A stretch of DNA of 64,000 nucleotides from Batkoa obscura (GCA_030770535.1 JASVEC010000029.1:372001-436000), one strand, 5' to 3'. Positions 11,366 through 26,987 are shown, numbered from the stretch's first letter. The notes: a model not told the origin generated them from the letters alone. Program-made: numbers and translations.

Positions 11366-11633
11366 TCTATGATTTTTTCTCGAGTTAAGTTTGATATTTT
11401 AAAAAAAATAGTAAATCAAATTTCGAATTAAAAATGAAAAATTAATTTTTGGGGTTGAACTTCTACTTTTGGGTTCAATGAGTTGATTGGTTTAATATAA
11501 GAAAGTCCAATTAAAAATGGTCACTTTTAATATATGGATATTACTGGTTGGAAATTGTAGTTGGTCATGAGTTAACTAAAAATTTAAATTCAAAATTCAA
11601 AAAAATATATTCAAAAATCAATTTTATTTATTA

Positions 11634-12229
11634 ATGGCTGATTATACAAATAAAAAGTAAAATACACGCAATCTAATTTATAACATAAAGGCTTATCGTT
11701 TATTAATAAAGGGATAGTCCAAACCAGCCCAATTTCGGTGTCAAATCAAGTTCTACATCGAATCAACTTTATAATAGCAGAAATACAAAATCAAGGTATC
11801 CAGTAAATCAAAATGAATATAACGAACAGGGAAGTGGTATGTATAACAGGGATGAAGGATATAATAGATTGACACAAAAAGTGTCATTATTAAAACAGGT
11901 AATTTTAGTTTTACACTAGATTATTCTAGTTTTAAGATTTATATTTTTTATTTAAAGATCTCATTGGATATGGGAGAAGAAATTATTGAAGGAAATAAAG
12001 ATTTAGGTGGAATGGTAACCCAATTTATATGAATATTCTAAAACTAGTATTAATCATAAAAAAATTATATTATTAGCATGAAGACTTAAGTGAAACTGGC
12101 GAAAAATTAAAGCGAACGATGGAAAAATTTAGTAAAATGGCTAAAGAACAATTTAAAGGTGGGGGTATTTACCTTTGGATCGTATTATTTATTTTATTCA
12201 TTTTATTTTTAATGATTATTTTTCGTTAA
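11634..12229 (+). CDS. BET1: Bet1-like Qc-SNARE (4 exons)
   Basis: Spliced LTQKVSLLKQ/ISLDMGEEI...GM/HEDLSETGEKLKRTMEKFSKM followed by a C-terminal transmembrane segment IYLWIVLFILFILFLMIIFR*. Confidence 0.72.
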
Positions 12230-13547
12230 AGTTAAATTTTCTATTTTATTAAATGTTAATATTATTCAAATTGAACTTTTTTAAATCATTCTTTGTAAAA
12301 GAATTTCTTAAAGATTATGCTTTCAATAGTAATTACAGAAATGGTGAGAATTTGTTTTATTAGAATAGAAACTAAACTTACCATAAGTTTTTGTTTTCAT
12401 TTCAATCATATCACCCAACATGATTTAACTTAACATATAGCCTGTAAAGACTAATAGAACATTAATAAACGATAACTACCTCGTATTTTTAATTGTTAAT
12501 TAATAATAGATATAGGTTTTTTTATTTCATTTAAAAGGCTTGATGGTTTATAAGCCTATCTAAAGTTTATTTATTCAAAGTCAAAAGATACTTCATGCTA
12601 TCTAACTAGTGAGCTTTGATTAACAACGCTTATATATTATGAAAACGAAGTTCTATTTTATTATAATAGACTTGTAATAAAACTCGCTGTTCATTGGTAT
12701 TTTAGTAAGCTTAAAGTTTAACTCAATAACAATTCAATGCTACAACATATAGTTAGGTTATTCTTAGCAACGTTTACTCTTAAGGTTGGTCGAAATCTAT
12801 AGATGTTCTACATAAAGAAACCCAATTTTCTTTAATTAAGATCAAATTGTTGTCAATTTGACGCCTCTTTGATTTATAAAGCTCTGTATCCAATCCAACC
12901 TTTGAGTATATAAATCAGATGGAAAATAGGATATCTTTTAGCTTAACTTATCTTAGTAGAATTGATAAATATATATGACTTCGAAAGTGGATTGGTTAAT
13001 AAGCGTCTAAACAAATCAACTCTTCTCTTAATTTATAGATCTTTCAAATTAGAATTACTTGAGCTTTGTTTTGTAAAGGCCCAATGATAATCTCACTAGT
13101 ATCTGTTTTCTGTTGATTAATTTTTTTGGTCTTCCAAGGAACAATCTGTGATTGCTAAAACAGTATAAATTACTTCAGCTTATCTATATTCTTTTTATCT
13201 TTTATATGCTAATAACTCGTGCTTTAACTTATTAGTATAATTTTAATACAAAAAATACTTTTAATTTAAACTATCTTAAATTAATAAAAATTAAAGAATC
13301 AAAATAATAAACACAAATTTACTGTAAATTTTTATTATATTTAAAAAATTTCAATAAAAAAAGATGTTATAAAAGAAAAATATAAGAGTCAACGATTGTA
13401 AATGCAAGAGGGGTGAGGGAAATGAATATTACAAACATGGCTATAAATCCAATAATAGTTTTTAAAAAAAAATTAAAAAGTATTATTAAACCCTCCTTTT
13501 GAATTGAAAGGAGCCACTGGTCCCTAGAATTCAATAAATTGATTCAT

Positions 13548-14355
13548 TCATTCAATTCGATTAAAATGACGACCACCTCTTGGTTTATTATAAAGTTTGG
13601 GGTTCCTTTCCTTAATAATTTCCCTTTCCGTCTTTTTAAAATCAACGCTACAATCATGATTTTCTGGTAACCGATGGTTATCACAAAATATATAATCTAA
13701 ATAAATATGATAAAAAATATATCCTTCGCATTGATTTAAAAATCACTTACTACATTTGCATTTATTCGTTACTTGTTTAAGTGGGCTTAATTTAGAACGA
13801 CATAAATAACATTTATTTTTGACAATTTGTTGTGGTTTTGATAATTGCTTTCCTCCATTAAATTCTTTTTCATTTTCATCTTCGACTAATTCAGATTTTT
13901 TATTTTCGTTTTCTAAACTTCTTTTTGTACCTTGCCCCCGTTCTGGCGTTCCCTTGATTAATTCTTTGTATGTAATATCCAACTTCTCCTTATTGAAAAG
14001 TTCATCTACCAATTGTTACTTTAAATTTTACTTTATTACAATAGCTCAAATTACCCATTTCATGTGTACTGCTCACTGGTCGATTATTAGCAGGTAATTG
14101 GTTAAGTTTAGTTGCTTCAGGATTATTCTTTTTGTCTTCTATTCCATTTTTTTTCTTTTCTGACACTTCTTTTCGACTCTTTTTATAACATCTGGAACAC
14201 ATATTATTAAATAATGGATTACTATAAATTTATATTTAGTATCTCTTTAAGTATTCGAAAGCAATTTTAAAATTAACGCTTTTTTATGTAATTTACCTAT
14301 AAAACCCACAGTTATTAATACAGAACTTTGTTATTTTATCTTTATTATTTTCCAT
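13548..14355 (-). CDS. A20/AN1 zinc-finger protein (multi-exon)
   Basis: N-terminal CINNCGF..NMCSRC (A20); C-terminal CYLC..CKC..FCDNHRLPENHDC (AN1). Confidence 0.85.
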
Positions 14356-15497
14356 AGTTGAAGAGTATGCTTTAAATTTGATATTATTTTTATATCAAGC
14401 TTCCACGCTTAAAAGTAAAAGATTAGAAAAATAAATACGATATTAAAAAATAAAAGGAAATAATGGGGGTAATTTAGTTCAACTTTTAATTCCCAAATTT
14501 AACAAGTGTGGCTTTTAATTATCCAATCAATGAATTAAAATTTAGCTTATTTTTGAATTGTTTATTCAAATAAACTCGATAGTGTTGAATAAATTCAATT
14601 TTTATTTGTTGTTTCCAAAAAGTTGTGTTTTCATCATTCTAGTCTTTAAGCATATTTTTATTACTAAGCCAAAATGTAAAATGATTTAGTTGTTTTTAAA
14701 AATTTGATGTTTTTTTATAGATACTTTTAATTGAGTTTTATTCTCCTGCTCACTAATTTTGGTTTATTAAAGTCACTCGTTTATATGTATCTTAATTTAA
14801 ATTCAAATATTTAAATATTTAAACTAATATAATAATCATATGAAAAGATAAATAAGATTATTAATGTAAACAAAAAAATTATAAAGCTCAATCTTAAAAG
14901 GTAGTATCAAATTAGAGAAATAAACAAAAAACACTAGCCGTAATTTTCAATAACAGTAATGAAATCATCGCTTATAACAGTAATATTTGTAGTTACAACT
15001 TTAGCATCTTAAATTTTTAAAGTTGTTATTTACGAACTGTATTCATCTTATTCTTTAATCAATTTAAAATTTTATCTAAAGATAAAATACCAGTATGTCA
15101 GATTGTATAATAATATTAAAATAATATAGTCTAAGAGATAGCAATAATGTTACCTATTGTTATTTTATTTTGATACTTAATAAGTAATAAATTAATTGAA
15201 TAAGCTTTATCAGAAATTAAGTATTGATATTTATAAAAATATAGCTAATTAAAATACGCCATTATATTAAAAACAATTTCACGAGTTGTAAATGATATAA
15301 ATTAATAATATCATTCCATTTTTTAAGCTAAATGAAAATATGATCAAAAACTTCAATTAAAAAAATAAATTTACAAGAGTGAGTATACAAAATTTAATTT
15401 TTAAAATGAATTAATTGGCTCTATCGATTTTTTAAAATTTAAATTTGTTAAACTTTGGCATTTTTTCAGCTTAATTTTCTCAAAATATTATAAAATC

Positions 15498-16869
15498 ATG
15501 GCTGAGCGAAAAGCAACAAATAAATATTATCCACCTGAATGGGATCCCTCAAAGGTAAAGTTCACCACTTATATAATTAATTCAACCAATCTAAGCTGAT
15601 CGATCATGGGACTTAGGGCTCCATCAATACATTTGTTGGTCAACATCCATTACGTGAAAGAGCACGTAAGTTAGATCAAGGAATATTGATTATAAGGTAT
15701 TTATAGCTTTTTATAAACTATTAACTAGCTAATAAAAGAAAGATTTGAGCTACCATATAGTGTATGGTGTTTAGGATGCAATGGACATGTTGGTATGGGG
15801 GTGCGATTTAATGCCGAAAAGAAAAGGGTAGGGAATTATTATTCGACGCCCATCTTTTCGTTTAGAATGAAGTGCCATATGTGTTCTCATTGGTGGGAGA
15901 TCAAAACGGATCCTAAGGTGAGTTTTTTATACTTAAGTATATGAAAATTATATTAAGTTGGTAGAATGCGGCTTATGCTGTTGTTTCTGGAGCAAAACAA
16001 AAGATTGAAACTTGGGATCCGGAAGAAAATGGAACTTTAAAGCTACTTGGTTTGTTATATTTGAGATTATGTTTTTAAGGTTTTTACTCTCATTACTATT
16101 TAGATGATAAGGAAAGAGAAGCTATTAATAATAATGCGTTAAGTAAATTGGAACATAAAATTTCAGATAAAAAAAGAGGAGATGAAGCAATTACTATTTT
16201 AAATCAACTCACTGTAAAAACTTTATATAATAATAGTTTAAAATTTTAACATGAGTTTAGGAAGAAAGTGATAGAAAATGGGGAGATGTTTACTCCAATT
16301 CAAAGTTGATGCGTAAAAAATTAAGAGTAATTATTAAGAGGATGATGAATTTTATTTAATAATATTCCTAGGAAGAAAAAAAGGTATTAAAAGCTAAAGC
16401 AGAGAAAGAAAATAAATTCATAAAGAGCAATTCCCTTTATATAAAACTTTTACCAGAGTCTGAATCAGATGGACTACGTGCTAAAACTATTACGTTTACA
16501 AGTAAAATTTCTTATTACAATATTCTGGTATAACTGCTTAATATTATTAAAGGCAATAAAGATCCAAAGAGTGAGCTTAAAAAACAGCTCGTCAAACCAC
16601 TATTTCAGAATAAGAAATCAAGTGATAAACTTAATGATAAAACAATCATTGAGGATTTAAAAGTAAAGGCTTCTGTTAATACTTTATTAAAAGAGGATCC
16701 ATTTATTTCTAAAAAAGAAACACATCAAAAAAATGATATGAAATTAGGTATCATGCCGAAAGTAGCAAGCAAAAAAGATTTTGATGTTACAAAATCAACT
16801 AATACGATATCAACTAAAAAACCAAATTTGCTAGTTGATTACAATTATTCAGATTCGGAAAATGATTAA
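15498..16869 (+). CDS. YJU2B: CWC16-family splicing factor CCDC130/YJU2B (multi-exon)
   Basis: MAERKATNKYYPPEWDP, HPLRERARKLDQGILIIRFELPYSVWC..C, GVRFNAEK, IKTDPK. Confidence 0.88.
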
Positions 16870-17570
16870 ATGTGGCTAGCTTTGATTCATTATGTAGTAA
16901 AGTTAAGTCGGCTTAGGTTAGTTTATTTATAGATATATTCTCAAGCATATTAATCTTTATATGTCTGATAGAATAATATATCATAAAGTGTATGTAAAAA
17001 TAAAGATAATGAATTATAATTTGACAAATATAACTTAAGGTCAAACTTTAAATATTATGATATATACTTTAAAATATATTTATAGCTAGTAAATAAAATT
17101 TGTAAGGCTTACGCTCCCATGTCTTGGCGCATGTATAAACTCTTCTAAAATATATATAAAATTCACTAGTTTAAGCTGATATGAAAAAGTCTTTATTTAG
17201 TAGTAATTAAATGAAATTTTAAATAATTTATAATATTAAGTGGTTTTGATAAAGAAAGTTTATGCTGCATTAATTTGATAAAATATACATAATTAAATTA
17301 AACTTACTATAAATACTTACAAAATTAATCACTTATCAGATAAATCAAATAAATTTTATTCGTCAAGCCATCATTTAAGTCCAAGGCAAAAAGTTTCTAA
17401 AGCTAGTTTTCAGTAAGCTAAAACCCAAACTACAAAAAATAGAATTTTATAATCTCACTATAAGCATCAGATAGAAATAGAGCAATCAATAGCCTTCATC
17501 TCATAGCTATACTATAAATATAGATATAATGTCCATTTGAAAATAATTAATTAATAAGAATAATAAAAGA

Positions 17571-18668
17571 ATGTCCGAATTATCCACAAATATAACAATT
17601 TCAATTCCATCTCCAATAGACTTAAGCTTAGATAAAACTACTTCTAAGTCCGCTCCAACTACTTTACAAAGCATCATATCCGGTGGTGTAGGTGGCGCTT
17701 TTATGGCTATTGTAGGTCATCCTTTAGATTTAATAAAAGTAAGGCAACAAGCCATTTCCAACACCACTATTCAAAAAGAGTCTGTTACCAGTATATTAAC
17801 TCAAATCCTTAAAAGAGAAGGACCGAGAGGTTTATATCGAGGATTATTAGCGCCATTACTTTCATCAACACCTGTGTTTGCTGTTGAATACGCTAGCTTC
17901 GAAACATGTCAAACTTTGTTGAAATGGGGCTACGGGATGGTAAATATTTGAATATGATAAAAGGTATATTTTTTATTAACTTTTAATTAAATAGCCAAAG
18001 CAAGAATCATTAAGTATATATCAAGTAGCATTAGCTGGTGCTATTGCTGCTTTTCCTGCTACTTTGATTGTATCCCCTGTAGAACGTATAAAATGTATGT
18101 TGCAAGTCGCTGGAGAAGGTAGCAAACCATTAGGCTTGGTTCAGGCAATTAAAGAAGTTGGCGGTATTAAAGGCTTATATAGAGGCACTTTAGCTACCTT
18201 GTTAAGAGACTCGACAGGCGGTGTGTTTTATTTTGCCACATACATAGGAGCCAAACGATTCCTTAGTAAGGAGACCAAAGAAGGGGAAAGTCAATTGAAT
18301 CCAGCAGCTATTATGTTGGCTGGTGGATTGGCTGGTATGGCTAATTGGATGGTTTGTATAGTAAGCCTTTTTTTGAAAACATAAATGTATTGGATATTAA
18401 TATTTTTTGTCAGCCTGCAGACGTTATCAAATCTCGTCAACAGACTGAGTTAATTTCTAAAAGCTTTTTAGTAACTTTCAGAGAGCTCGTACGCCACGAA
18501 GGTATCCAAGGTCTCTTTAAAGGCTTAACACCGGCTCTCTTAAGAGCTTTTCCAGCCAATGCAGCCTGCTTTTTAGGTATATGTCTTATCAAGTTTTTGT
18601 TAGTGTTTATTAATATTATTTTAGGTGTTGAAGCTTCACTTTATTTGTTACTTGGGAAAAATTATTAG
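17571..18668 (+). CDS. Mitochondrial carrier, carnitine/acylcarnitine translocase-like
   Basis: Three PX[DE]XXK repeats (HPLDLIKVRQQ, SPVERIKCMLQ, PADVIKSRQQ) and RAFPANAACFLG. Confidence 0.88.
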
Positions 18669-18930
18669 ATAGAAATTAAGTGAAACTCCTGGTTTGTTTT
18701 TTGTTTTTTACGTCTTCTCTTAGCCTATATAATAAAAATTCAGTTAATTATGTTTTGCTTATTAAGTTTAATACTAGTATGATCATTTGGTAAAATAATG
18801 TAGAATTATAAATCATTTGATATTAGCTTTTTTTATAAAACATTCATAATAAAATATTGTTCTTGTTAGATAAAATGATAAAACAATATTGAATTTTTTG
18901 AAAAATTTCTTATCTATATTTTTTAAATAT

Positions 18931-19024
18931 GGGGATGTATTTTTTTGTTTAATAATTTTACTAATAATCTTTCTACTCAAATGGCGCTTAAAAAATGGAA
19001 AAAGTAATGAAACCAAAAAAAAAC
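18931..19024 (-). mobile_element. MITE family 1, copy C (one terminus degenerate)
   Basis: ATAT-GGGGATGTATTTTTTTGTTTAA...GCGCTTAAAAAATGGAAAAAGTAATGAAACC; terminal CCCC missing. Confidence 0.85.
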
Positions 19025-19104
19025 AGAGGTTACAATTAAAATAAAAATATTAACTATTTAATAAGAGCAATAAACTTATGATTAAAACTTAATTGAATTT
19101 ACTT

Positions 19105-20566
19105 TTAAAAATATATCAAGATAGGCTGTAAAGGAGGAACTGAGTAAGAAAAGAGATCCCAAAAGAGATGAGTTCGCTTTGAAAACAGTTTAAATAAGTC
19201 ATCCGTAGTAGGAAAATAGGTAACATAGTCTTTTGAAGTTATAAACTCAGTATAATCTAAGAACAAATTTAAATTTACTACCCCAATAAATTTATCCTGT
19301 TGGTAAATATGATAGAATTGGTCTTGTTGATTTTTATGTCTATTAATTAAATAATGAATACTATTAGGGTTACTCATGCTTTTGGTTATAAACTCATTCT
19401 TTTGATTCTCTATTTTATTTTTAACATGTTCAACTAATAATGTTAATTCGATTTTTGTTATTGAAGTGCTACACGTTAGTTCTTCTTTTATATTATACCA
19501 TTTTAACCAACTAAATCCATCATTATTGTAAGCTGTATTATTATTATTTCTACTGTTATTATTTGTATTAGCATCTTCACTCCTATCGTCTATACTGATG
19601 TAATTAGGTAGTATAGCATTGCATTCTACTGGATCTCCAATTTCATAAGCCTCATGAATATTATCAAACAAGTGATTATATTGACATAATTCTGGTACAT
19701 GAATATAAGCAATATATTGACAAAATTGAGGCTCATCAATTGCAACTAAACCTTCGGCTTTATCATCAATATAGCAAAGATACTAATGGTTAATTTACTG
19801 TTATTAAATAAATATCACATAAAACTAAAGTAAACTTACTCTTAATTCGATTTGCCTATTAAATCCAGTGAGATCACAACGATCTCCTTTCCCCCAAGTT
19901 TCCGAGATATAAAAAGGCAACTTTAATTTTTTATTATTGGAATATTTAATATCAAATCTTGAGTTAGTCCTATTCAAATTAAAGCTTTTATTTATAATAA
20001 ATTCACTCGTCCCCAATTTATAAATTGCCAAAATTTTACCCTCTTTTTCATTAAGGCCGTCATTTTTCTTTGATACATAATATTGAATTATTTCATTATT
20101 ATAACAGTATTTGTAATCCCAGTTCGAAATAGTCTTTATAAAATAAATAAATAAATAAATATTATAAATAAAAACAAAGGACTTACTGTTGTATAGCAAT
20201 TTAATTTATTTTTGATCAAGGTTTCACCTTCTTCTAATAGTGTTTCATAAACTTCTGAGCTAATCTTATTTTCGTTTCTTACATCTTTTTGATATTGTGG
20301 ATAAAAGCATATATACTCCAGATCTTTATTGTATTTCATTTTAATCCCTTTTTGTTTCTCTACTTCCTAAAACTGCTGATTAATACTGTAAGTTATTTGT
20401 ATTCAAAATTATTTACTGTTAATTCATCATAATTAATAAACTCGTTGTTTAATTTAATATGATAATTTGGATAAGCATGTATATCTTCGTATATAGAAAT
20501 ATCAATGCCATTCGAGTGAGTTATAAGGATCAAATCAAATAAAAAAAGTAATAAAAACCGTATCAT
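19105..20566 (-). CDS. OS-9/Yos9-like ER lectin (MRH domain, multi-exon)
   Basis: Signal peptide MIRFLLLFLF; WDYKYCYNNEIIQY; WGKGDRCDLTGFNRQIELR/YLC; DEPQFCQY. Confidence 0.78.
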
Positions 20567-20747
20567 TTTAATAATAAAATGATTTAAAAAAAGTCGAGTA
20601 TAAGTCAACTTTGATAAAAAATATTGAACTTTTTTAATTTGAGCTATCATCGGCGCTGATTGGCTTTTTATTAATTGAACCAATCTTTTTCTATCTTCTT
20701 GTTTGTTTTTATTTGTTTTCAATTTAAAAATTTTATAGAGCATATAT

Positions 20748-20984
20748 GAATAAGTTTAAAAGCTCAGTTAAAATTAAACATAAAATTTTCCAATTCACTT
20801 TGACCATTTTTTATGTAGCGTAAAATTTTAAAAAAACTCCTATAAAATCAGACAAAAAACGTTTCAGTATAAGTTAATCTAAAATTAAGCAAAAAGGCAA
20901 AAAAATTTGTAGCACTTAGTGCTTAATTGTAATTTTTGCTAAAACTGACTGAACAAAATTTTAACTGAGCTTTTAAACTAACCC
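20748..20984. mobile_element. MITE family 2 (237 bp, ATAT target duplication)
   Basis: TIRs gaataAGTTTAAAAGCTCAGTTAAAATT / AATTTTAACTGAGCTTTTAAACTaaccc; ATAT at 20744-20747 and 20985-20988. Confidence 0.75.
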
Positions 20985-21614
20985 ATATAAATAATAAAAT
21001 ATTATATTATAAAAATAAAATAAAACAAAATATTATAAAAATAGAATAAAATAAAATATTTAAGGACAAAATTCATTATGCTTTTCCATCAAATACTATT
21101 TTGTAGCATAACACAGCTTCTTCTATTTTAGCATATAAAACTAATATAAACAGCAAGTAAATATAATGGTAGAGCAATAAATTGCATGAGTTTATATTAG
21201 CTATTTAAGGACACAAAGTATATTACAAACTGGGAGTAATTTTTTAGTTTAGACTATATATAAGAAATTATTTTTATTGGAATGTAGAACAAATTTTAAA
21301 ATAATAACTAGCTTTACTAGAATTATATACTGCAATATTCTATTTTAAATGCTCAAACTGCTCGAAAAAAAGCTGCAAAATAATGCTAAAGTAAGCTAAA
21401 TTTTTAAAAATTTCTTTTCAAATCACAGGAGCTTTTAACAAAATTCATCAATCTAGCCATTTGATTGGTCTAAACCAATCTTGAGCTTTCAATAAACCAA
21501 TAAAATTTTTTCAAAAAAAAGTTTTGCAGGGGTTTTAAGCCTTTTGGGATTGGAATTTTGGATTGGTACTATTGCTAATCACTTAGAATTTAAAACACTT
21601 CCTTTTTATCCAAT

Positions 21615-21886
21615 ATGAGTCACGAAGCTGTTTGGTTTTCTCATCCCCGTAAATACGGTAAAGGTTCTCGTCAATGGTAGGTTTTTACTATATTAAGAGA
21701 CCCTAGTAACATATTGACCTGTTTTTTAGTCGTGTCTGCACTCATCGTGCCGGTTTAATCCGTAAATACGGTCTTAACATTTGCAGACAGTGCTTCCGTG
21801 AATACGCTAAAGACATCGGTTTCACCAAGGTTGGTTATCATTTATGTTTCATTATTATTTTACTTATTATTTTTTAGACCCGTTAA
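21615..21886 (+). CDS. RPS29: 40S ribosomal protein S29 (uS14), 3 exons
   Basis: [56 protein letters not shown]. Confidence 0.97.
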
Positions 21887-22494
21887 GTTAGCCTTTTCGA
21901 CATCAATTTTCTTATGCCCTTTTTTTAATAGGCTTTAGTTATACTACAATAAATTAACTATTGGGTACAAACTAAAGATGTGTTTCTTGTTTTTATGGAT
22001 AGCCAATTTTATTGTTAGTTCTATAAGTGTATAGTTTGACTATCATTTTTATTAATTAAATGAGATGACTTAATAATAATTGGTGAGAATTATATTTGGT
22101 ACTAACGTTCTTAGGTAGATAGAGCTGCTCAATATCTTTTATAATAACTCATGGATAGTAGTTATGATAGTGAATTGATATAATTGGTTAGTACGCTAGT
22201 ATATTCAGATAGTTAAAAGCACAACACTTTTATTTAATAAAATAGTATAGCAATTTTAACTTAGCATTCTATATTGGTTTGAATGGAAACTGCTCTTCCT
22301 TCAGCAAATTTTTTAGTTTTTAATATTAAAACAAATCTGATAATATTTTTAATGAATTTTTTACAATTAATAATTTTGGTTTTTTTACAAATAAAAAAAG
22401 CATAAGCATAAGCATAATATAAACTACTTAGTTGATACAAATTCATAAAAATTTATTAAGTAACTGATAATAAAAGACGCTATTGATTAGTCAA

Positions 22495-24324
22495 TCAATT
22501 TTTATCCCTAGAAACATATTAGCCACTAGATAGTAAGTACAATAATTAAGTTACCATGAATTTTTAAGTAAAATTTGAACAGCAACTAAAGCTTGATACT
22601 TAACATCTGGATTCTCATGCGCCATCAATTCCATAACACGATGTTTAGCTCCCAACTTTTCAAGTAAACTAAATTACCGATTAAACCCTATTTAACTTAA
22701 ATATAAAAATGCACTTACCCTCTGCCTTTGTTATTAAATTTAGCATATTGTCCGATATCGAATGCAGCTATTGATAAAACTAAAGGATCAGTAGCTGTAT
22801 TAAGGATTTCGCAAAGTTTCCTATAGTTATTTGATAAATCATGTCCTAGTATTATTTGATTCAAACTTACTTAAGCAAGGCATACTCTTTCTCTTCAAAC
22901 TTGTGTATGTTATCAGTCCAAAATTGAATTGACTTATGAGGAGGTGACCATTCAAGCTCACCAGTTTCAATTTCTGCTTTGTAAGCATCAAAGGTAGTCA
23001 AGCTAGCTACTACCTCTTGTAACTCACTTTTTAAATAATCTAAATCTTCTTTAATTTCTAAATCGGCCCATTTTCTTGATGTTAAATTCTCAATCAAATC
23101 AAACAGCTTATGTGCTAGCATGGAGTTAATATTTTCTTCAGATCCTTTTTCTAATAAATTCTAATCAACTGTTAACTCAGAGTTCTTTTTTAGTTGTTTT
23201 TTTTCTTACTCTGAAAGTGCCTATAATAACTCGAACGATCTTTTCTTTGACTGTACCACGGGCTAATTTAACTAATAACGAAATGATCGAATGTTGACTA
23301 TAACTAAATTAAAAACTTCAATTAAAAATGATATATAAACTTACTGATCAATCTCTTTAGCAATTTCTTCCTCAAAAGTAAGCATCCAAAAACAAAATAC
23401 AATTTGATATTGAAGCTGTGGATTTGTTTTTTCTTTTTGAATAAGCGCAATTAAACTATAAAAAGTTAGTTAATTTTGATTGTAGATTTAATATTAAGTC
23501 AATACTTTGGTACACCACGTGCTTTGTGGAAAAAGACGTTACGATAAGTATAATTCTTTAATAAAGATTGGAGTAATTGGACTGAAATATCGGCAATATT
23601 GGGCGTTTGGCTTGATAATTGAGAAATAATAACGTCTAAAAATTCATCGCATTGTTCTGGGATAGCGGTAGTTGAAGTACTAAATATCTTTTAGTTTCAT
23701 TTTTAACAAATCATACATAAACATACCAAATTAAAAAAGCGACAATCTTTTCTGCTTTTAATGCTAAAAAGTCATCATCCTTCTTTAAGCATCTAAATAT
23801 TTTATCAATACATTGAACTTAAAATTGTCTAATTTACTTTAAAAATGGTTCATATGGGAATAATGGATTTTCTTGGCTTAATTCATGAAATGTTTTAGCG
23901 TTGTTAGGGTCGGCTAAAATTTAAATTACTTTAATATTTTCATTAAAAATTAACCATTACCTTCAAGTATATCGTCGATCAGTACAAGGATGTACTGTAA
24001 AGTATCTACTCTTACCAATTTATTTAATAAATTCAACAGCAAATTAATATACTCTTTAGAAGACTAAATAATCAACATTAAAATCTATTTTATCCATTGT
24101 ATAAAAAATTATACCCCCTTTTCAGATTTTCTCAAAAGTCCAAGTTCTTCTTCAGTAATTAATGAAGCGCGTTGATACCCCTACTATAATTAAGTAAGCC
24201 ATCAAAACTTACAATAAAAGTTTACCTCCCATGGCATAGGCCTAGAGCGAATATTGAAAGTCAACTCATCAAAAAAGGAGTTAACTACGAAAGTTACAGG
24301 TACACTTGGAACAGTATCAGTCAT
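22495..24324 (-). CDS. VMA13: V-ATPase V1 subunit H (many exons)
   Basis: IRSRPMPWE/GYQRASLI, KEKIVRVII, LTTFDAYKAEIETGELEWSPPHKSIQFW, AAFDIGQY, LMAHENPDVKYQAL. Confidence 0.93.
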
Positions 24325-24621
24325 AATAGTAAATTGGATTATGCTATTCACTTTAAGTTAAATTCCAGATACAAAAAAATAATGACGGTGGCTCAAATAA
24401 AATAACTAAATAGTGAGGAATTAGCAGAAGTATAGCCAATAAAAGATAAACTCAAACTTGCTCTGGAGTTGATTTTGCAGATGCCAATGATGTCATTTTT
24501 ACTATCTCTGGCTAAAGTTAACGTTTTGTCGGAGGATCAAAATTTTAGGATTTTTTGGAAAATCTTAGGCGTTACAAAGTTGAGTCTAATCTCATCTTAT
24601 CATTAAATTACACAAAATCAA

Positions 24622-25574
24622 ATGGGAGGAAGTAGCAGCGATAATAGTAATAAAGGAGGAAAGAAGGGAAGTTTTCGACTAGGAGGAGGAGTGGGGGGCT
24701 TATTGACGTCATATTTGTCTAATAAACCAAATGGTAATTTACTTTATTAGTATTATTACTTTAATTCATTGTTAAGTTGTCGATAAAAACTATATGCCAG
24801 ATTCTATGGTAGGTCAATTATTAATGCTAGACAATTTTTATTTATAAAATAATTAGAAAGCTTCTACACTATTAGAATTGATCGCTTCAGAAAGAAATTG
24901 GCCTAATAATCTGGTATTAAACGACTTAGAAATATTAGAAAAGAACCGATTATTTACCATTTCGGATTTAAAAGTTTTATCAAAAGAAAGCTGGAAGGTA
25001 ATTTGTAATATAAACAGACTAGCCAACCCTTTAATTTTCATTTATAGCAAATCGGACTTTTACCTATTGTCAAAGACTTAATACAAGAAAAAATTTACAA
25101 AAGTAATCGAACTTTATTCACTTGTTATTAGCTAATACTTTAAAAAGGTAAAAAGAAAGTCAAAAAGATGAAGAAAAAATACCAGTCTACTTCTGAGTCC
25201 TCTGAAGAAGAAAGTATTAATGAACCAACAGAATTAGCACTAAAAGCTCACACAAACGGGGAAAGTAAGAATGGGTCTCAAACTATTAAACCATTGAGTA
25301 TTGTCCCAGATGGAAATATGATCAAGGTCGCTACTGCTGATGGTACAGTTTATCAGACAAATAGGTATTGTCCACATAAAAAAGTTGACCTGGTTACTGT
25401 AAGTTTACTCAAAAGTTTATTTTTATCTAATTAAGGTTTTTTTAGAAAGGGAGAGTAAGCGGAAATACACTTATATGTACTAAACATAACTGGATCTTTG
25501 ATCTTAAAAATGGGGGTAGTTGTACAAATAAACCTGGTAACTCCATTCGTGCTTGTCAACTTAATGATTGGTAA
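24622..25574 (+). CDS. Small protein with a C-terminal Rieske [2Fe-2S] domain (multi-exon)
   Basis: RYCPHKKVDL...LICTKHNWIFDLKNG (CxH...CxxH) across an intron. Confidence 0.78.
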
Positions 25575-25892
25575 TAGGATTAGGTTAAATAACTTTAAAT
25601 TAAGTTTGTGGTTTATAATTGTCAATATCTTTCATTTTGGTATTATATTTGTAGTATTATTTTAAATAAAAATATACAAAAATAATGTTTATAAGTTCTT
25701 TAAGCATATTTATTTTAATGATATTACTATGTCTAATAAAATTATTTTTTATACTAAATATGAATAACTATAAATATATTAATTAAACGAAGCAAATAAT
25801 TATAGTAAATAGTTATAGCAAATAACTAATTATAAACAAGTTTCGAAGTGTCAAATGAAATATAAAAAATAAGTGATCAAGTTCTATAATTA

Positions 25893-26875
<983 letters not shown>

Positions 26876-26987
26876 GCTAATAAAATTCCAAAATTTAAAA
26901 AGCTTAGATTTTTTCTACCAAAAAAGCAAACCAGACTGAGCTTAAATTCTAGTTGGTTTAAATTTTAAAAATCTATTTTTATAAAAG

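Noticed and set aside
12300..13200. Intergenic stretch with coding-like composition
   Set aside because: Frequent stops and no recognisable motif; it may be a decayed element but I cannot support a call
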